64,000 nucleotides of DNA. Origin: Felis catus. Taxonomy: Eukaryota. The position numbers and the translations under genes were made by a program. Location of the stretch: assembly GCF_018350175.1 (NCBI RefSeq), contig NC_058368.1, forward strand, positions 182,592,001 to 182,656,000, in the 5' to 3' direction. Below, one piece after another: positions 50,892 through 63,950 of the stretch. Position 1 is the first letter of the stretch. Every line of letters begins with the position of its first letter. The notes under the pieces were generated by a model. The model was not told the DNA's origin, ran no database searches, and was given only the letters and a program-made list of their open reading frames with translations.

Positions 50892-51732
50892 TACTTAGAC
50901 AACTTTTAACACATTTTGCAGATCTGTACTTGGAGGGAAATGTGACATGCCAAATTCCAATGTCTAATACAGTTCTACCATATTGAGGCTGACGGTCCTC
51001 CTATCACTACTCCCTGGTCCTACAATCAGCAAAATTCCAGAAACATACACTGTTACTAGAATCTGCCTGTATTGTTCCGTGCCTGGGACCTGAAGCTCCG
51101 CAGAAGCAACGTGCCACACTCAGTATGTACCCTTTTCCTACATGCCCTTGGGAGGCTTTCTGTCCTATTTATTGTGTTTCAAAAGGAATGTATGAATGCT
51201 GGGCTGAGATGAATTCCAGCTTTCAAAAACCACAGCTATGCTCTATATAATAGGACAGCTGCATAGATGGCTGTGTTCTGATTTGGAATGATATTAAGTC
51301 TTTGAGTCAGATGGCAAAGTTATGAAGAGACTTCTTACCTTTTTCTAGTCATCTTTGATTTTAAAACGTGAGGCCTAGGTAGGTATTTCTTTAGCTAGAT
51401 TCTCTGGCATTATATTTAATGGAATTCCTACTGGATTACTGATTAAAAAGATTTTATAAATACTTAGGACTTTTGATCTTTACCCTTACTCTTACCTATG
51501 CTACCCATTCTAATTTACTGCTTCTGAAATTCTGTTTCATATTTTCTCATTTGAACTGTACTGGACCTCATTTCTACCAAAGCAAACAGAGGCTTTTTAT
51601 TTGTGTCACATCTGGCTCCTCATCCAGAAGGTGAATAAGCACAACTTAAATGCAATTTATAGATTAAATAAGGAGGAGCTGAGAAATTGTGGTCAACAGT
51701 TTTGCCCCATATGAAAGAAAATGTCCACATAG

Positions 51733-51927
51733 TTGATTAACATGGGACATATGGGTAGTCACTGTGTGACAATTCATAGAAATAAAGGCTTATCATCATT
51801 TTCTGCCTGTTATAATATAAAACGTTGGAAAAATATATACAGTAAACACACACCAAAGGAAAGTAGTATAGTTGTATTAACATCAGACAAAACATATTTT
51901 AAGGCAATTGGAATAACTAGAAAGAAA
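51733..51927 (+). repeat. About 200-bp duplicated L1 junction, copy 2
   Basis: Colinear with 50146-50349; encodes WKNIYSK...VVLTSDKTYFKA, similar to the L1 ORF2 endonuclease region. Confidence 0.9.
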
Positions 51928-52478
51928 CCAGATATGCAATAAGTAGTAAGTGGTTTACAAATCACTAAGACAAAACAAATGTTATCACATCCACAAGATG
52001 CCTGACTAGGCGCCTATAGCCTGATGGAGATGTAAGACTTGGTATAAGTCTAGGCCCTCCTGCCAATAAGCTGAATGACCTTGGGTTGGTAGCACAGCCT
52101 CCCTGAGCTGCTAACATTCAGAAACAACCTCTAAAAGATAACTCAAAAAGAATTTTGGGTTGTGAGCACTGAATATGATAAAAGATATAAAATGACTTCA
52201 GAAATCATAAACCGTGTTAAAAACCATTAACTTGATTATGCTTACTATTCCTGGGCAACATGTAAGCATCCCGTTAACTTAATGTATTTAAGCCTCCCAA
52301 GAACCAGTCTAAATAATCATAGCAAACATTTGTTGGTTTTTCTGCCCAGCATCTATTAATAACCTTTCTTCTAACAACTCTTCAGAGTTCCTTCAGAGTA
52401 ATATCCCTTTTCCCTAAGTGCTTCCTCTGGAGTTGACTTTATACCAGCTTAATCACTTGGCTATATAAATTGTCTTGA

Positions 52479-52697
52479 GGGGCAGCTGGGTGGCTCAGTC
52501 GGTTGGGCATCTGACTTCGGCTCAGGTCACGATCTCACAGTTTGTGGGTTTGAGCACCACATCAGGTTCTGTGCTGACCACTTGCTCAGAGCCTGGAGCC
52601 TGCTATGGATTCTGTGTCTCCTTCTCTCTCTGCCCCTACCCCGCTCATGCTTTGTCTCACTCTGTTTCTCAAAAATAAATAAATGTAAAAAAAAAAT
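52479..52697 (+). mobile_element. Can-SINE
   Basis: Perfect TSD tataaattgtcttga (52464-52478 / 52698-52712). Confidence 0.96.
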
Positions 52698-53045
52698 TAT
52701 AAATTGTCTTGAGAATGAGCTTGTGACTAAATCATGTGACATAATTTTGGATGGAATATTAACCCAAGACTCTTCCTCTTTTCCTGTCACGTGAGAGCCT
52801 CAAAGTTTGCTATCCCAGAAGCAATTGGGAATTCTCCTACAGCCAGGCAGAAGAGGGGAGCTTACCCAAAGTAAGTTGGGATGAAGCATGGATCTTGGGA
52901 CATAGCATAAATTCTGAATTGAATTGCATCTGAATATACAATTAAACCTGACACCTAATGGGTAGAGATGGAAAGAGGCATTATCAATATCTTATGTATC
53001 ACTTATGAGGAACCTGAAGCTCAGAAATGTCAAATAACTTTTCTG

Positions 53046-53050
<5 letters not shown>

Positions 53051-53085
<35 letters not shown>

Positions 53086-53092
53086 GTGTGTG
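53051..53092. repeat. (TG)n microsatellite
   Basis: About 20 units with one CG interruption. Confidence 0.96.
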
Positions 53093-55532
53093 CACTGAAT
53101 AAAGTTACTGAATAAAGAAGTAGAATTTGAATTCCAAAGCCTATTTTTGGACTCCCTATCTGGATGTTTGTAATTTGTTGGTCCATAAATAATTGTGTGT
53201 GTGTGTGTATTCAATACTGAAGATAGCTTTGCTGCAATAACAGAATTTAAACACTGTTTCTCAGTTTGAGAATATTCTCCAAGAAAAGAATCCTAGAAAT
53301 AAATAGAATAAGAAATTTTCTCTTTTTAAATAGATAAAATCTCTTCATGCAAACATGAACAATATCATTTACATGATACCTATCCTATATTTAATCCCAG
53401 GCTTTCAAGGACATAAATTCTGAGAAATGATAGGATATACTTAAAATACATTTGTAATTTAATATTTATACATAAATAGGTAAATGTGTAGAAATGAAGA
53501 GTCATTTTATGGGACACTTGTAATATATATTCAACTGTATCATATTTGAATTTATTATATATGAAATTCATTGCTTATTAGACACAATAGGCCTCTTTTT
53601 GAGAGTTCTACAAAGCTGTTAATTTTTAAATTCTTGAGACTAGGCCAGATGGCTGTTACACATTTTAAATGGCCTACAAAGCTGATTGTAATGTAAGCAA
53701 TATTTAAGTAAAAAGTATCAGTATTGAGTCCATTGGCACTTATATTGATTGTGATTTAGCCATTATTAATTTGATACCTTTCTCTGTGAATCTGTTCACT
53801 GCCTCCAGGAGAGACCTAACTGCTTAGGAATACAAAGTAGTATTATCTAACTCACAACTTTTTAAATGACATGATGATGAGTTTCAGTAACACTGTGAAA
53901 TAATGAAGAATGACCAAAAATGTAATCACAGATGTTTTTCATTAATTTCAGCAAAAACTATAAATGCAAAGATAAAACCAGGAAAGGTCTTTTGTGGATC
54001 ATGAGATGCACAACCTTCTGTGTCCAAACTACACATCAACATCAGGTAAATCTCCCAAATCTCTACAGGAGCAGGTTCTGGCATTTAAAGAGATACTTTT
54101 GAAAGAGCAAGGTTGTGATTGTCAGTGCTATCAAAGGCTGTTCTTCCCAGAGTCATAAGTCAATAATCTGAAGAAAGGTTTATATTTCAGATGTTAGGTG
54201 TCAATTGTTTCTGTCAGCATTGTATTTCCCTGGAAAATATGTCAGGTACATATGATAATGTGACAGCTCTTAAGCATTGTTTCATGTATCAAGGAAAAAA
54301 AAATGGGGTAGGGGTATGGATCAAATGGCAGTATTGTGTTTCTTAGAAGATATTAAAAGAAGAAGAAAAACAAAGAATAAAACTTTAATTAAATCCTGTG
54401 GATTTAATTTTATTTTCCCAATTAAAGCAATAACAAGATAGTATTTTTCAATTATTTAAAGGAGAGTGAAAATTTTAAAAAGGGCCCTAACAAATCATTT
54501 CCCTCATTCTAGTGGGTAGACAGTGGTAAATACTGAAAATAATCTTGAATAACACAAATGCTTCCTCTAGTTTCTGACTGTGTAAAAGTGAGTTTGGGTA
54601 ACAAAAGACTATGATGTTATTTGATGTTTCATAAAGACAAAAATATGAAGAAATGAAGGACTGGAAAAGTCGTCACCTGAAATTTTAGGTAGACATTTCT
54701 AGCTTTCAAGTAACAGAAAATCTAACTAATACTTGCTCTATTAATTTTGACATTATTTATTTCGTTTTGAAGAAGCTTGAAAAAGGCCATTATGGGATTT
54801 ATTCAACAATGTCCTGCTTTGTTGTCATTGGATTTTTATCTTGGGCTTAGGTTTGAGTCACATTACAGATGCCACATCCCTACATCATATCTTCACAACA
54901 GTGATCTGAGCACAGAAGAAGGAACCAGAAGTAAAGGACTTTCCTTTTACCAGAGAGGAAAACTTTTTTTTTTGGATATTGAAAAACAATATGCCATTTA
55001 CATTCTGTTGGTTATAACTATGTCACTGGGTATCCTGAATTGGAAGAGAGGCTGTAAAGTAAATATCAATGAAAGGATGGTCATACCTAAATTGTCCTAA
55101 TTACCATTCAATCTACTGCTGGGCATATTGCTGTACTGAATCAGACTGAGGCTCTGTGAACAAAAATGAAAGTAACAATGGCTATTGGGTGAACAACAAG
55201 AGTGTCTGTGACAGCTATCATGGACTTACTCAACTTCTACTTTCTCTTTTGCATTGTATCTCACATTTCAACTAGCCTGTTCATAAAACAGGCCTAAAAC
55301 TCTCAACCTGATAACTTGGACATATGAAGGAAAGATGAGAGTAAGAATGTGTGCATAATCTCTTTTTCTTAACTGATTCAGACTACTTTTTTTTTTTTGA
55401 TAAAAGTGCATATAACAATACTGCAGTGGGTTGAATGGTGACCCCCAAATGATATGTCCACATTCTAATTCCCAGAAACTGTGAATTTGTTTTTGTTTGG
55501 AAAAAGAGTCTTTGCAGATGGAATTAAGTACC

Positions 55533-55758
55533 ATTTTTATTTAAAATTAAAAAGAAATAAGTTTATTTATTTATTTTGAGAGAGATAGAGAGATTGAGCA
55601 GGGGAGGGGCAGAAAGAGAGGGAGAGAGATAATTCCAAGCAGACTCTATGCTGTCATCACAGAGCCTATGTGGGACTTGAGCTCAAGAACTGTGAGATCA
55701 TGACCTGAGCCAAAACCTAGTGTCAGAGGCTTAACTGACTAAGCAATCCAGGCACCCT
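55533..55758 (-). mobile_element. Can-SINE
   Basis: TSD tggaattaagta / tggaattaggta. Confidence 0.93.
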
Positions 55759-55830
55759 TGGAATTAGGTATCTTAAGACAAGATCATTCTGAATGATCTA
55801 GGTGAGTCCTATACCTAATGACAATTATTT

Positions 55831-56046
55831 AATTTTTAAAATTTTTATGTGTTTATTTATTTTTGAGAGAGACAGAGATAACATGAGCGGGGGAGGGAAG
55901 AGAGAGAGGGAAAGAGAATCCCAAGGAGTCTCTGTGCTGTCAGCACATAGCCTGACATGGGGCTCGAACCCATGAAACCATGAGATCATGACAAGAGTCC
56001 AAACCAAGAGTGGGATGCTTAACTGACTGAGCCACCCCAGTGCCCC
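55831..56046 (-). mobile_element. Can-SINE
   Basis: Perfect TSD taatgacaattattt (55816-55830 / 56047-56061). Confidence 0.95.
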
Positions 56047-56324
56047 TAATGACAATTATTTTATAATAGATATACACAGAGGAGACTTGACAGAAGAGGA
56101 GGGTACAATGTTATCTATCCCACAGGCAGAGTGGGTGATAAGGTCAAAATCCAAGAAAACACTTGGAAATACCAGAAGCTGGAAGACATGAAGAAAAAAA
56201 ATCTCTGTGAGAACCTTTAGAGAAAGCACAGTTCTATTGACACTTTGATTTCAGACTCTCAGCTTTCAGAACTGTGGGAAAATAAATTTTTATTGTTTTA
56301 AGCCACTGGGTTTAGGTTTATCTT

Positions 56325-56433
56325 TCTTCCCTCCTTCCCTCTTTCCTTCCTTCCTTCCTTCCTTCCTTCCTTCCTTCCTTCCTTCCTTCCTTCCTTCCTT
56401 CCCTCCTTCCCTCCCTCCTCCCTTCCTTCCTTC
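56325..56433. repeat. (TTCC)n polypyrimidine microsatellite
   Basis: About 110 bp of pure pyrimidines. Confidence 0.96.
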
Positions 56434-56509
56434 TCTGTTTTTACTTTTGCTGGAAGTCAATCAGTGCAATTTTCTTGGTACCACTTGAGAATATTTTGGG
56501 TATACCTAC

Positions 56510-57048
56510 TGTCACAGAGCAAGAATTCCTGTCCCATTCATGACTCTTCTAGCCAGACTAAGAATCAAATGACATGAGATATATTAACAATCAAATTTAA
56601 TAGCATATGTACAGGGAATCCACATAAACATGGAAATTCCAAAGGACAGTCAAATTCCAAAGACAGTCAAGAAAAATGAGGTATATATGTTATCCTGAAC
56701 TAAGGGAAAAAGGAGTAGGGGTCTGGAACTTCAAAGGGAAGGAATACAATCATCAGGTAGAACCAAAGGTTTGGTAAACAAATGTTTCCTGAACCACTCA
56801 TAAACAATGTGACTTTGATCAGACTGGTCTTGCTACGTTCCTCCCTGCCTACCATACCTAGTTCCTATTATAATTCTACAGTGATAATTCTCTTCCTGGA
56901 GCAGGTCTTCTATCTAAATTCTTTTTAGGCAGTTAAACGGGAGGTAAAGAGCTTTTCCTAAATCTGATGGGTTTTGATTGCTTACAAATCAAAACAGTCT
57001 TCATGCTGAAGTGGCCCATTTTGGGGTGGCTTGTTTTTGCCCTATACA
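56510..57048 (-). mobile_element. ERV1-class solo LTR (MER34-like)
   Basis: TG...CA ends; reverse complement begins tgtatagggcaaaaacaagccaccccaaaatgggccacttcagcatgaag, similar to the MER34 5' motif gccaccccaaaatatgccactttggcat. Confidence 0.7.
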
Positions 57049-57119
57049 TCACCTAAAAAATAATCTAGGTTTCAACTGCCCCACCTTGCTGAAGGACAAA
57101 GAGTTAGTTCCCTGAAATC

Positions 57120-57470
57120 TAAAAAAAAACAAATGAACAAAGAAACAAATAACAAAACAGACTCAAATACAGACAACAAACTAGTGGTTGTCAGAAGGGA
57201 GGGGGGTTGAGGGGAATGCAAAATAGATGAAGGGAATTCAAAGGTGCAAACTTCCACTTATTAAACAAATAAGTCATGGAAATTAAAAATTAAAAAAAAA
57301 ATAAAGCATAGGGGATATCGTCAGTAATATTGTAATAACACTATATAGTGACTATACTTACCATGGTGAGCATTACATAATGTATAAAAGTGTCAAGTCA
57401 CTATATTGTGCACTTGAAACTAATATAACATTGTATGTCAACTATACTTTAATAATAAAATTCTGTTAAG
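57120..57470 (+). mobile_element. L1 3' UTR fragment (carnivore/L1MA-like)
   Basis: Ends ttgtatgtcaactatactttaataa; flanking duplication aaagagtta(g/t)ttccctgaaatc (57098-57119 / 57471-57492). Confidence 0.92.
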
Positions 57471-57751
57471 AAAGAGTTATTTCCCTGAAATCAGCACTGA
57501 TTTAGGTATTTTCCTTTAGATTGAATCTATCATATCCTCATGGATCTGGTTTGAGATTTATGATATTTTTTACATGTTTGGTATAGAGGGACCATAAAGG
57601 TGCCTGTTACTTGTGTGAGCCCAGCAACACATTAATAATATATGCTGTCACTTCCATTCCCCAAATCTAGATGTTTTATTGAAAAAGGACTTCTCTGAGT
57701 GTCTACTCTGTCATATTATTAGAAGACAACTGTACTACTATTTTTCAACTA

Positions 57752-57983
57752 TTTTTTTAAAATTTTTTAAATTTTTATTTGAGAGAGAGAGAGAGCATGT
57801 GAGTGGGGGAGGGAGGACAGGGGCAGAGGGAGGGAGGGAGGGAGAGAGACTAAAAGAGTACCAAGCAGGCTGCACCCCCAGTGTGGAGCCTGATGCCAGG
57901 TCCTGTCCAACGACTGTGGGATCATGACCCAAGGCAAAATCAAGAGTCTGATGCTCAACCAACTGAGCCACCCAGGTGCCCCC
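57752..57983 (-). mobile_element. Can-SINE (older)
   Basis: ctgagccacccaggtgcccc head, GA-rich tract, T tail. Confidence 0.92.
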
Positions 57984-58999
57984 TACTTTTTAACTAGTAT
58001 TTCACTTACCTGATTTAGGGAAATACTTTTATTTGATATTCTACAGCTCTAAACTAGCACTGTAACTCTATGGTACATTTCCTACACCTACATTTTAATA
58101 TATAAAAAATGTCTACATACTTGAAATTCAATATTATGACAGTATACACTATATTATGATGGATTTATTGTTTCTTCCTTAGGATTAAAGGAAATTAAAA
58201 CGCAAAGGTTATGGTTTGCTCAGAATATGGGACTCACATTCATATTAATGCAGGGACAAAAATGTTAATGAGTAAAATGGGTCTACCATTAACCTGGTGA
58301 AGGTATAGTCCTTCTACAGCAGGAGAGCTAGTACTCCATCCCAATTCATTGGTGCTGTGGTTCTAATTATTGGTACAATTTTGTCAGTCTTCCCATTAGT
58401 TTTTAAGATGGACTATATTTCTGATTTTCTTTTAGTAAGCTTTACTGTTTGTGTGCATCAAGCATCAAAAACAAAGATTATTTCATGTATTTGAAAACCC
58501 TGTATTGAGCAAAACAAACAAAGAGGAAAACACACACACACACACACACACACAGGAAAGCAACCAACCAACTAACTAACCAACCAAAAAAATTGGGGAC
58601 TTGACTTAGACTCGAGTCAAACAATATTTTCTATAATTTTACATTTTAGAACTTTGAAGATTCTTAGACATCATCTGTGTAACATACACATTTCACATAC
58701 AACATATCTAAAATTCAGCTACATTGAAAGATTTCAAGTCACACCACCACTTGGAGTCAAAATTCTTTCTAATATCTTGGAATGCTGACACCTTATCTGG
58801 TGTTTCAAAGTTCCAGATCCAGTTCAGCAGAGTAAGTGAAATCTGAGATAACTGCTTAAAAATCTCCATTACCACAATGTTCTTAAAACTTTTTGTTTGT
58901 ACCATATATAATGCCATTTAATTTAAATACAGCTTAAGAGCTAGAGTGTATAATATATCTGTTTGCTCCAAAAGTACTAGTTCATAAAAAGAAGTTTAA

Positions 59000-59219
59000 G
59001 GGGCGCCTGGGTGGCGCAGTCGGTTAAGCGTCCGACTTCAGCCAGGTCACGATCTCACGGTCCGTGAGTTCGAGCCCCGCGTCGGGCTCTGGGCTGATGG
59101 CTCAGAGCCTGGAGCCTGTTTCCGATTCTGTGTCTCCCTCTCTCTCTGCCCCTCCCCCGTTCATGCTCTGTCTCTCTCTGTCCCAAAAATAAATAAACGT
59201 TGAAAAAAAAAATTAAAAA
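59000..59219 (+). mobile_element. Very young Can-SINE (SINEC_Fc type)
   Basis: CpGs intact; perfect TSD aaaaagaagtttaa (58986-58999 / 59220-59233). Confidence 0.98.
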
Positions 59220-59514
59220 AAAAAGAAGTTTAATAGTTAAATTTATAATCATGATAATAATCCTAAGATAAATGCTACTAACTGATAAGTCTAGGGTGAA
59301 TGTTCTTCATTACTGAAGACCCTTAGCAATACCAGACATGTCTATAATAACCAGTTGGTTTCATTTCACAAAGTTTATCAAGTATTAAGATCAACAAGAT
59401 TTCTTTTAAAATACCTCTAAATCTTCTACTAGAATCTGATATACAAAAATCACACTCTTGGTGTGACTTTATGATCTACATGAATTGCAATTTGTGATTA
59501 ATGAGATTTGAAAG

Positions 59515-60888
59515 AACACATACTACTCAATAGCATAAAAGCCCAAACAATCTAATTAAAAAAAATTGGCACAGGAAGCTAACAGACATTTTTCCAAAGA
59601 CATACAAATGGCCAACAGGTACATGAAAAGATCCACAATATCACTAATTATCAGGGAAGGACGAATCAAAACCACAATGAGATATCACCTCACAACTGTT
59701 AGAATGGCTATCATCAGAAAGACAAGAGCTAATTAGTGCTGTGAAAAGTGTGGAGAAAAGAGAACTCTTAAGTAATGTTGGTGGGAATGTAAACAGGCAT
59801 AGCAAAAGTGGAAAAAGACATGGAGATTGCTCAAAAAAGTTAAAAATAGAACCATCATACGATCCAACAGTCCCACTTCTGAGTATTCATCCAAACAGAA
59901 TGAAAGCAGGGTATCAAAAAGCTGTCTGTACATCTATGTTCACTGCAGCACTCCTCACAACGGCAAAGATATGGAAATAATCTAAGTGTCAGTCAATAGA
60001 TGGAACTGATCAAGAAGATGTTAGATACAGACATGTGCACACACACAGACACACAGACACACACAATACAGTATCATTCAGCAGTGAGAAAGAAGAAAAT
60101 CCTGCCATTTGCAACATCATAGATGGAACTTGAGGCATTATGCTAAGCGAAATAAGCCAGCTAGAGAAAGGTGAACACTGCATGGTATCACTCATATGAG
60201 AAATCTTAAAAACAACAAGCACAACAACAACAAAGAAAAGAAAAGTTACAGAAATACAGCGTAGAAAAGTTGTAGGGGCTAGGAGTGGGGAAAATAAGGA
60301 GAGGCCAGTAAAGGTGTACAAATGTTCATTTATAAGATGGATAAGGCCTAAGGATCTAATATAAAACATGGTGATTACAGTTGTTAACGTTGGATTTCAT
60401 AATGGAAATTTTCTAAAAGGATTGAATGTAAATGTCCTCACAGAAATAAAATATAAATATATATTACATATATTTTTGTTATATAAAAATATGTGTATAT
60501 GAATATATGAAGTGATGAATGTATTATTTTTTTTATTTTTATTAAAAAAAATTTTTTTTCCAAAGTTTTTATTTATTTTTGGGACAGAGAGAGACAGAGC
60601 ATGAATGGGGGAGGGGCAGACAGAGAGGGAGACACAGAATCGGAAACAGGCTCCAGGCTCTGAGCCATCAGCCCAGAGCCTGACGCGGGGCTCGAACTCC
60701 CAGACCGCGAGATCGTGACCTGGCTGAAGTCGGACGCTTAACCGACTGCGCCACCCAGGCGCCCCGTGATGAATGTATTATTAACTAGATAATGGGAATG
60801 TTTTCATAATGTATCAAATTATCACAATGTACTCTTTAAATATCTTACAATTTTGTTTCTCAATTATATCTCAGTAAAGCTGAAAAAA
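59515..60888 (+). mobile_element. L1MA-like ORF2 end plus 3' UTR
   Basis: KKLKIEPSYDP...CTSMFTAALLTTAKIWK; 3' end caattatatctcagtaaagctgaaaaaa. Confidence 0.9.
60529..60765 (-). mobile_element. Very young Can-SINE (SINEC_Fc type)
   Basis: Perfect 17-bp TSD gtgatgaatgtattatt (60512-60528 / 60766-60782). Confidence 0.98.
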
Positions 60889-60984
60889 CCACATTTGAAT
60901 ATTCATTTATTTAATAGGTCCTACTCAGCAACGGTGGGTAAAATACAACAGTAGTCTCCACAGTGAGAATAAAAGAGGGAGACA

Positions 60985-61385
60985 GCACGATATGGTGAAA
61001 GAATAATGTACCGTAACTTAGGAACTCAAAGTTCAGCTTTTCTATTATTCCTAGATTGTGCACCTTGACTGACTCACATTAACAACACAGATTTCAACGT
61101 TCTTACCTATCAAATAGGGATAATAATGACCTGTGCTGCCATGTTGTCTGAACCAGCCAGCCTCACGTAGAGAGACTGATCAACAAATGTTAGGTACAAT
61201 TACAAAAAATTCTTCATGGATGTTCTCTCATTTATTTTATAACAGCAACCATACAATGAGTGCTATTATGTTACCATTTTATAGACAAGAAAACTGAGGC
61301 TTGGAGAGATTCATTAATTCATCAATTGTCCCACTAAGAGGTAGCAGAGTTGGCTTTGAACCTTGTCTAATTCCAGATCCCATAC
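60985..61385. mobile_element. Two MIR fragments (plus then minus)
   Basis: cagcacgatatggtgaaagaa...agggataataat and ttttatagacaagaaaactgaggcttggagag. Confidence 0.65.
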
Positions 61386-61627
61386 TTGGTGTTTTTTTGT
61401 TTTGTTTTGTTTTGTTTTCCCACTACTATAACCTCTGGTTACAAAGTACAATGTGTAAGATGCATTTAAATACCAAATAACATTGATGATAAGTGACATC
61501 AAAAAGGTAAAGCAGTAATCAATAAAGCCTTCATAGAGGAGGTGGAATTTTCTGTGAAGAGGAGAAAAATATTGAAGTATTTGGTTTAATAACAGGCAGG
61601 GGAGAATCACAAATCAGGACATGTGTT

Positions 61628-61830
61628 ATGTGTCAGGTTGTATTTTGCAAAAATGACCTTGGCGAAATCGCCAGTTTGGGGGTTGCCATGGTCTCCCAGA
61701 ACCTTGACACTCCCTATCAAGAGGTGAATCCTATTTCTCCTTTTCTTGAAACTCACGGTACCTTTGTGACTGCTTTAACAAATAAAATAAAAAGAGAAGT
61801 AAAACTGTTAGAATCTTTTCCTTCACATGT
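61628..61830 (+). mobile_element. MaLR LTR fragment (old MLT1)
   Basis: ctccctatcaagaggtgaatcctatttctcc...tttgtgactgctttaac. Confidence 0.6.
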
Positions 61831-61840
61831 GTGTTACATG

Positions 61841-62243
61841 GTATGTTAGGGTTCTCCAGAGAAAGACAACCAATAGATTGTGTAGATATATAGAGAGAAA
61901 GATTTATTTTAAGAAATTGGCTCATAATATTGTAGAAGCTGGAAAGTCTGAAATTTGCAGGGCAGGCCAGCAGGCTGGAGAATCAGGAAGAGTAGGAGGA
62001 AGTTACAGTCTTGAGTTCAAAAGTTCTTCCTCAGGGGACCTTGATTTTTTTCTCTTAAGACCTTCAACTGATGGGATATGGTCCACCCTCATTATTGAGG
62101 CTAATCTCCTTTACACAAACTGTACTGATTTAAATGTTAGTCATATCTAAAGACTACTTTCAAAGAAACATCTAGACTGGTGTTTGACCAAACAACTGGG
62201 TACCATAGTGTAGCCAAGTTGACACATAAAATTAACCACCTCA
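61841..62243 (-). mobile_element. ERVL LTR (MLT2 family)
   Basis: agggttctccagagaaagacaaccaatag...gccaagttgacacataaaattaacca. Confidence 0.88.
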
Positions 62244-62689
62244 TGTCAATTGAATAAGTATGTCAACAGAACTGTGTAATAAAAATCAACTTGGGGCTTA
62301 TGGCAATTAAAGAATTTTGCTGAATCCAAACTTTGCCAGTTCTGCTTTGGTCATTGAGCCCTGAAGAATTTCACTTATATCTATTTTTGAAAACTTACGC
62401 TGATATGTCCACCTAACAAAATCTTTGAGCACCCCTAGATTTAAAGAATAATCATGACAATATATTTTGCAAGTGAAGATTTCCTTTAAAACAATTCTTT
62501 GGAAATAAAGTCATCAACTCCCTGCCCTGAGACTTCCAAGAGAAATGCTCTAACGTCTTGTTGCCTAATTTTGAATATAGATTTTCTTTGCATGGTAGGA
62601 AAATCAATGATTAAAAAGAAAGATTTGAAGGTACTACTGAAATCTTGAAGTAGTTTCCTGGAAAATGACACAGTCACAGTGGGTGTAGA

Positions 62690-62905
62690 TTCTCCTCCCA
62701 CAGACCTGACTTTGCTTGTATGAGTTGTGTTGTCTTGGGCAAATCACTTTGTTTCTCTTAGCATAACAATTCTCATTTGTAGAAAGAAATCACTTAAGTA
62801 TCTATCTCACTGGGTATTGTAAGGACTAAATGAGATTATATAGCGAAAGAGTTTAGTACAGTACCTCGAACAAAGTAAGTGCCCAGTAAGTATCAAATAC
62901 TAATA
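62690..62905 (+). mobile_element. MIR
   Basis: tcttgggcaaatcactt...ctcatttgtagaa...gtaaggactaaatgagatt. Confidence 0.75.
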
Positions 62906-62914
62906 AAAAATACA

Positions 62915-62964
62915 GAAAGCAATACTACACTGTATGTTAACTAACTTGAATTTAAATAAACTTT
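62915..62964 (+). mobile_element. Tiny carnivore L1 3' tip
   Basis: aatactacactgtatgttaactaacttgaatttaaataaa resembles the ends at about 45060-45090 and 45880-45918; TSD-like aaaaataca. Confidence 0.8.
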
Positions 62965-63084
62965 AAAAATACAAATTAATGATATAGGTAAGTAGCTCTC
63001 AGGAGTACTATCTGTTGAAGTTCTGCAATTAAAAGCTTTTATGAGAATCTGACAAACAGATATATCAAGGGTATACACATCTTT

Positions 63085-63950
63085 TTCATTATTTCATCCA
63101 CTCAAAATTGTTACAGAGTTCTAGGCACTGTCCTTGATCCAAGGAAATTCATGAATAAAAAAAGACATGTTAACTTTCATGAGCTTACAGTTTAGTGAGT
63201 AAAAAATAATAAATACATGTGAGTATGTGAGTACATATTGTGATAAGTGCTATTTAAAAACTAGCGGATGGAAGCAGTCCCACTTAGACTGGGTGGTACC
63301 AATAAAGGTACAGAATAAGCAAGGACCTTGCCATATAGGACCTCACATGCAGTGAGAAAAACTATGGATTTTCCATTAAGTACAAAATAAAGCCATTTTA
63401 TGATTTTAGACAGGGTAATAACATTATCCAATTTATATTTTTAAAGATTTCTTTGGTTTCTGCATATGAAAAAGCTTCCTAGGAGGGACAAGAAACTAGG
63501 AAAACCAGTAAGGGAAGGGAGATACAGTAAAAAACAGAAAACATGTGTAGAAAAATGGAGATGAGGAGAAATGAATTGATTTGAGAAATGTTTCTAAGTC
63601 ATAAATCATAAGAGTGTTGACAAATTAGATACAGGGGTGGGGGCAGTTAAGACAAAAGAACATGAAGAATGATTCTAGTTGTCTCCTGACAATTGGAGAG
63701 ATGTTCATGACAAACAGACATAAATAAGACTGAGAATAAAACTGTTTCTTCTTTTTGGAAGGTTTAGTAATTAAGAGCTTTTGAAGACATATCAATTTTG
63801 AGTGATAAGACAGCCGAGTAGAAACACAAAGCAGATAGACATCTAAAGCACAAGGGAGAAGCTTATAAGTAGAATTTCTAATTCCTCAGTATATACTTGA
63901 TACATAAGGTTGGAGAAGCTAGAGAAAAAAGAAAGAAAAAAAGTAAAGGC
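63085..63950 (-). mobile_element. LINE-2 fragments
   Basis: ctaggcactgtcc...ttcatgagcttacagtttagtg...aagccatttta...tttaaagatttctttgg. Confidence 0.65.

Larger units (their letters stand above)
55422..56320 (+). mobile_element. MaLR LTR (MLT1C/D-like) carrying two SINE insertions
   Basis: tgcagtgggttgaatggtgacccccaaa...accagaagctggaaga...aaataaatttttattgttttaagccac. Confidence 0.85.
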
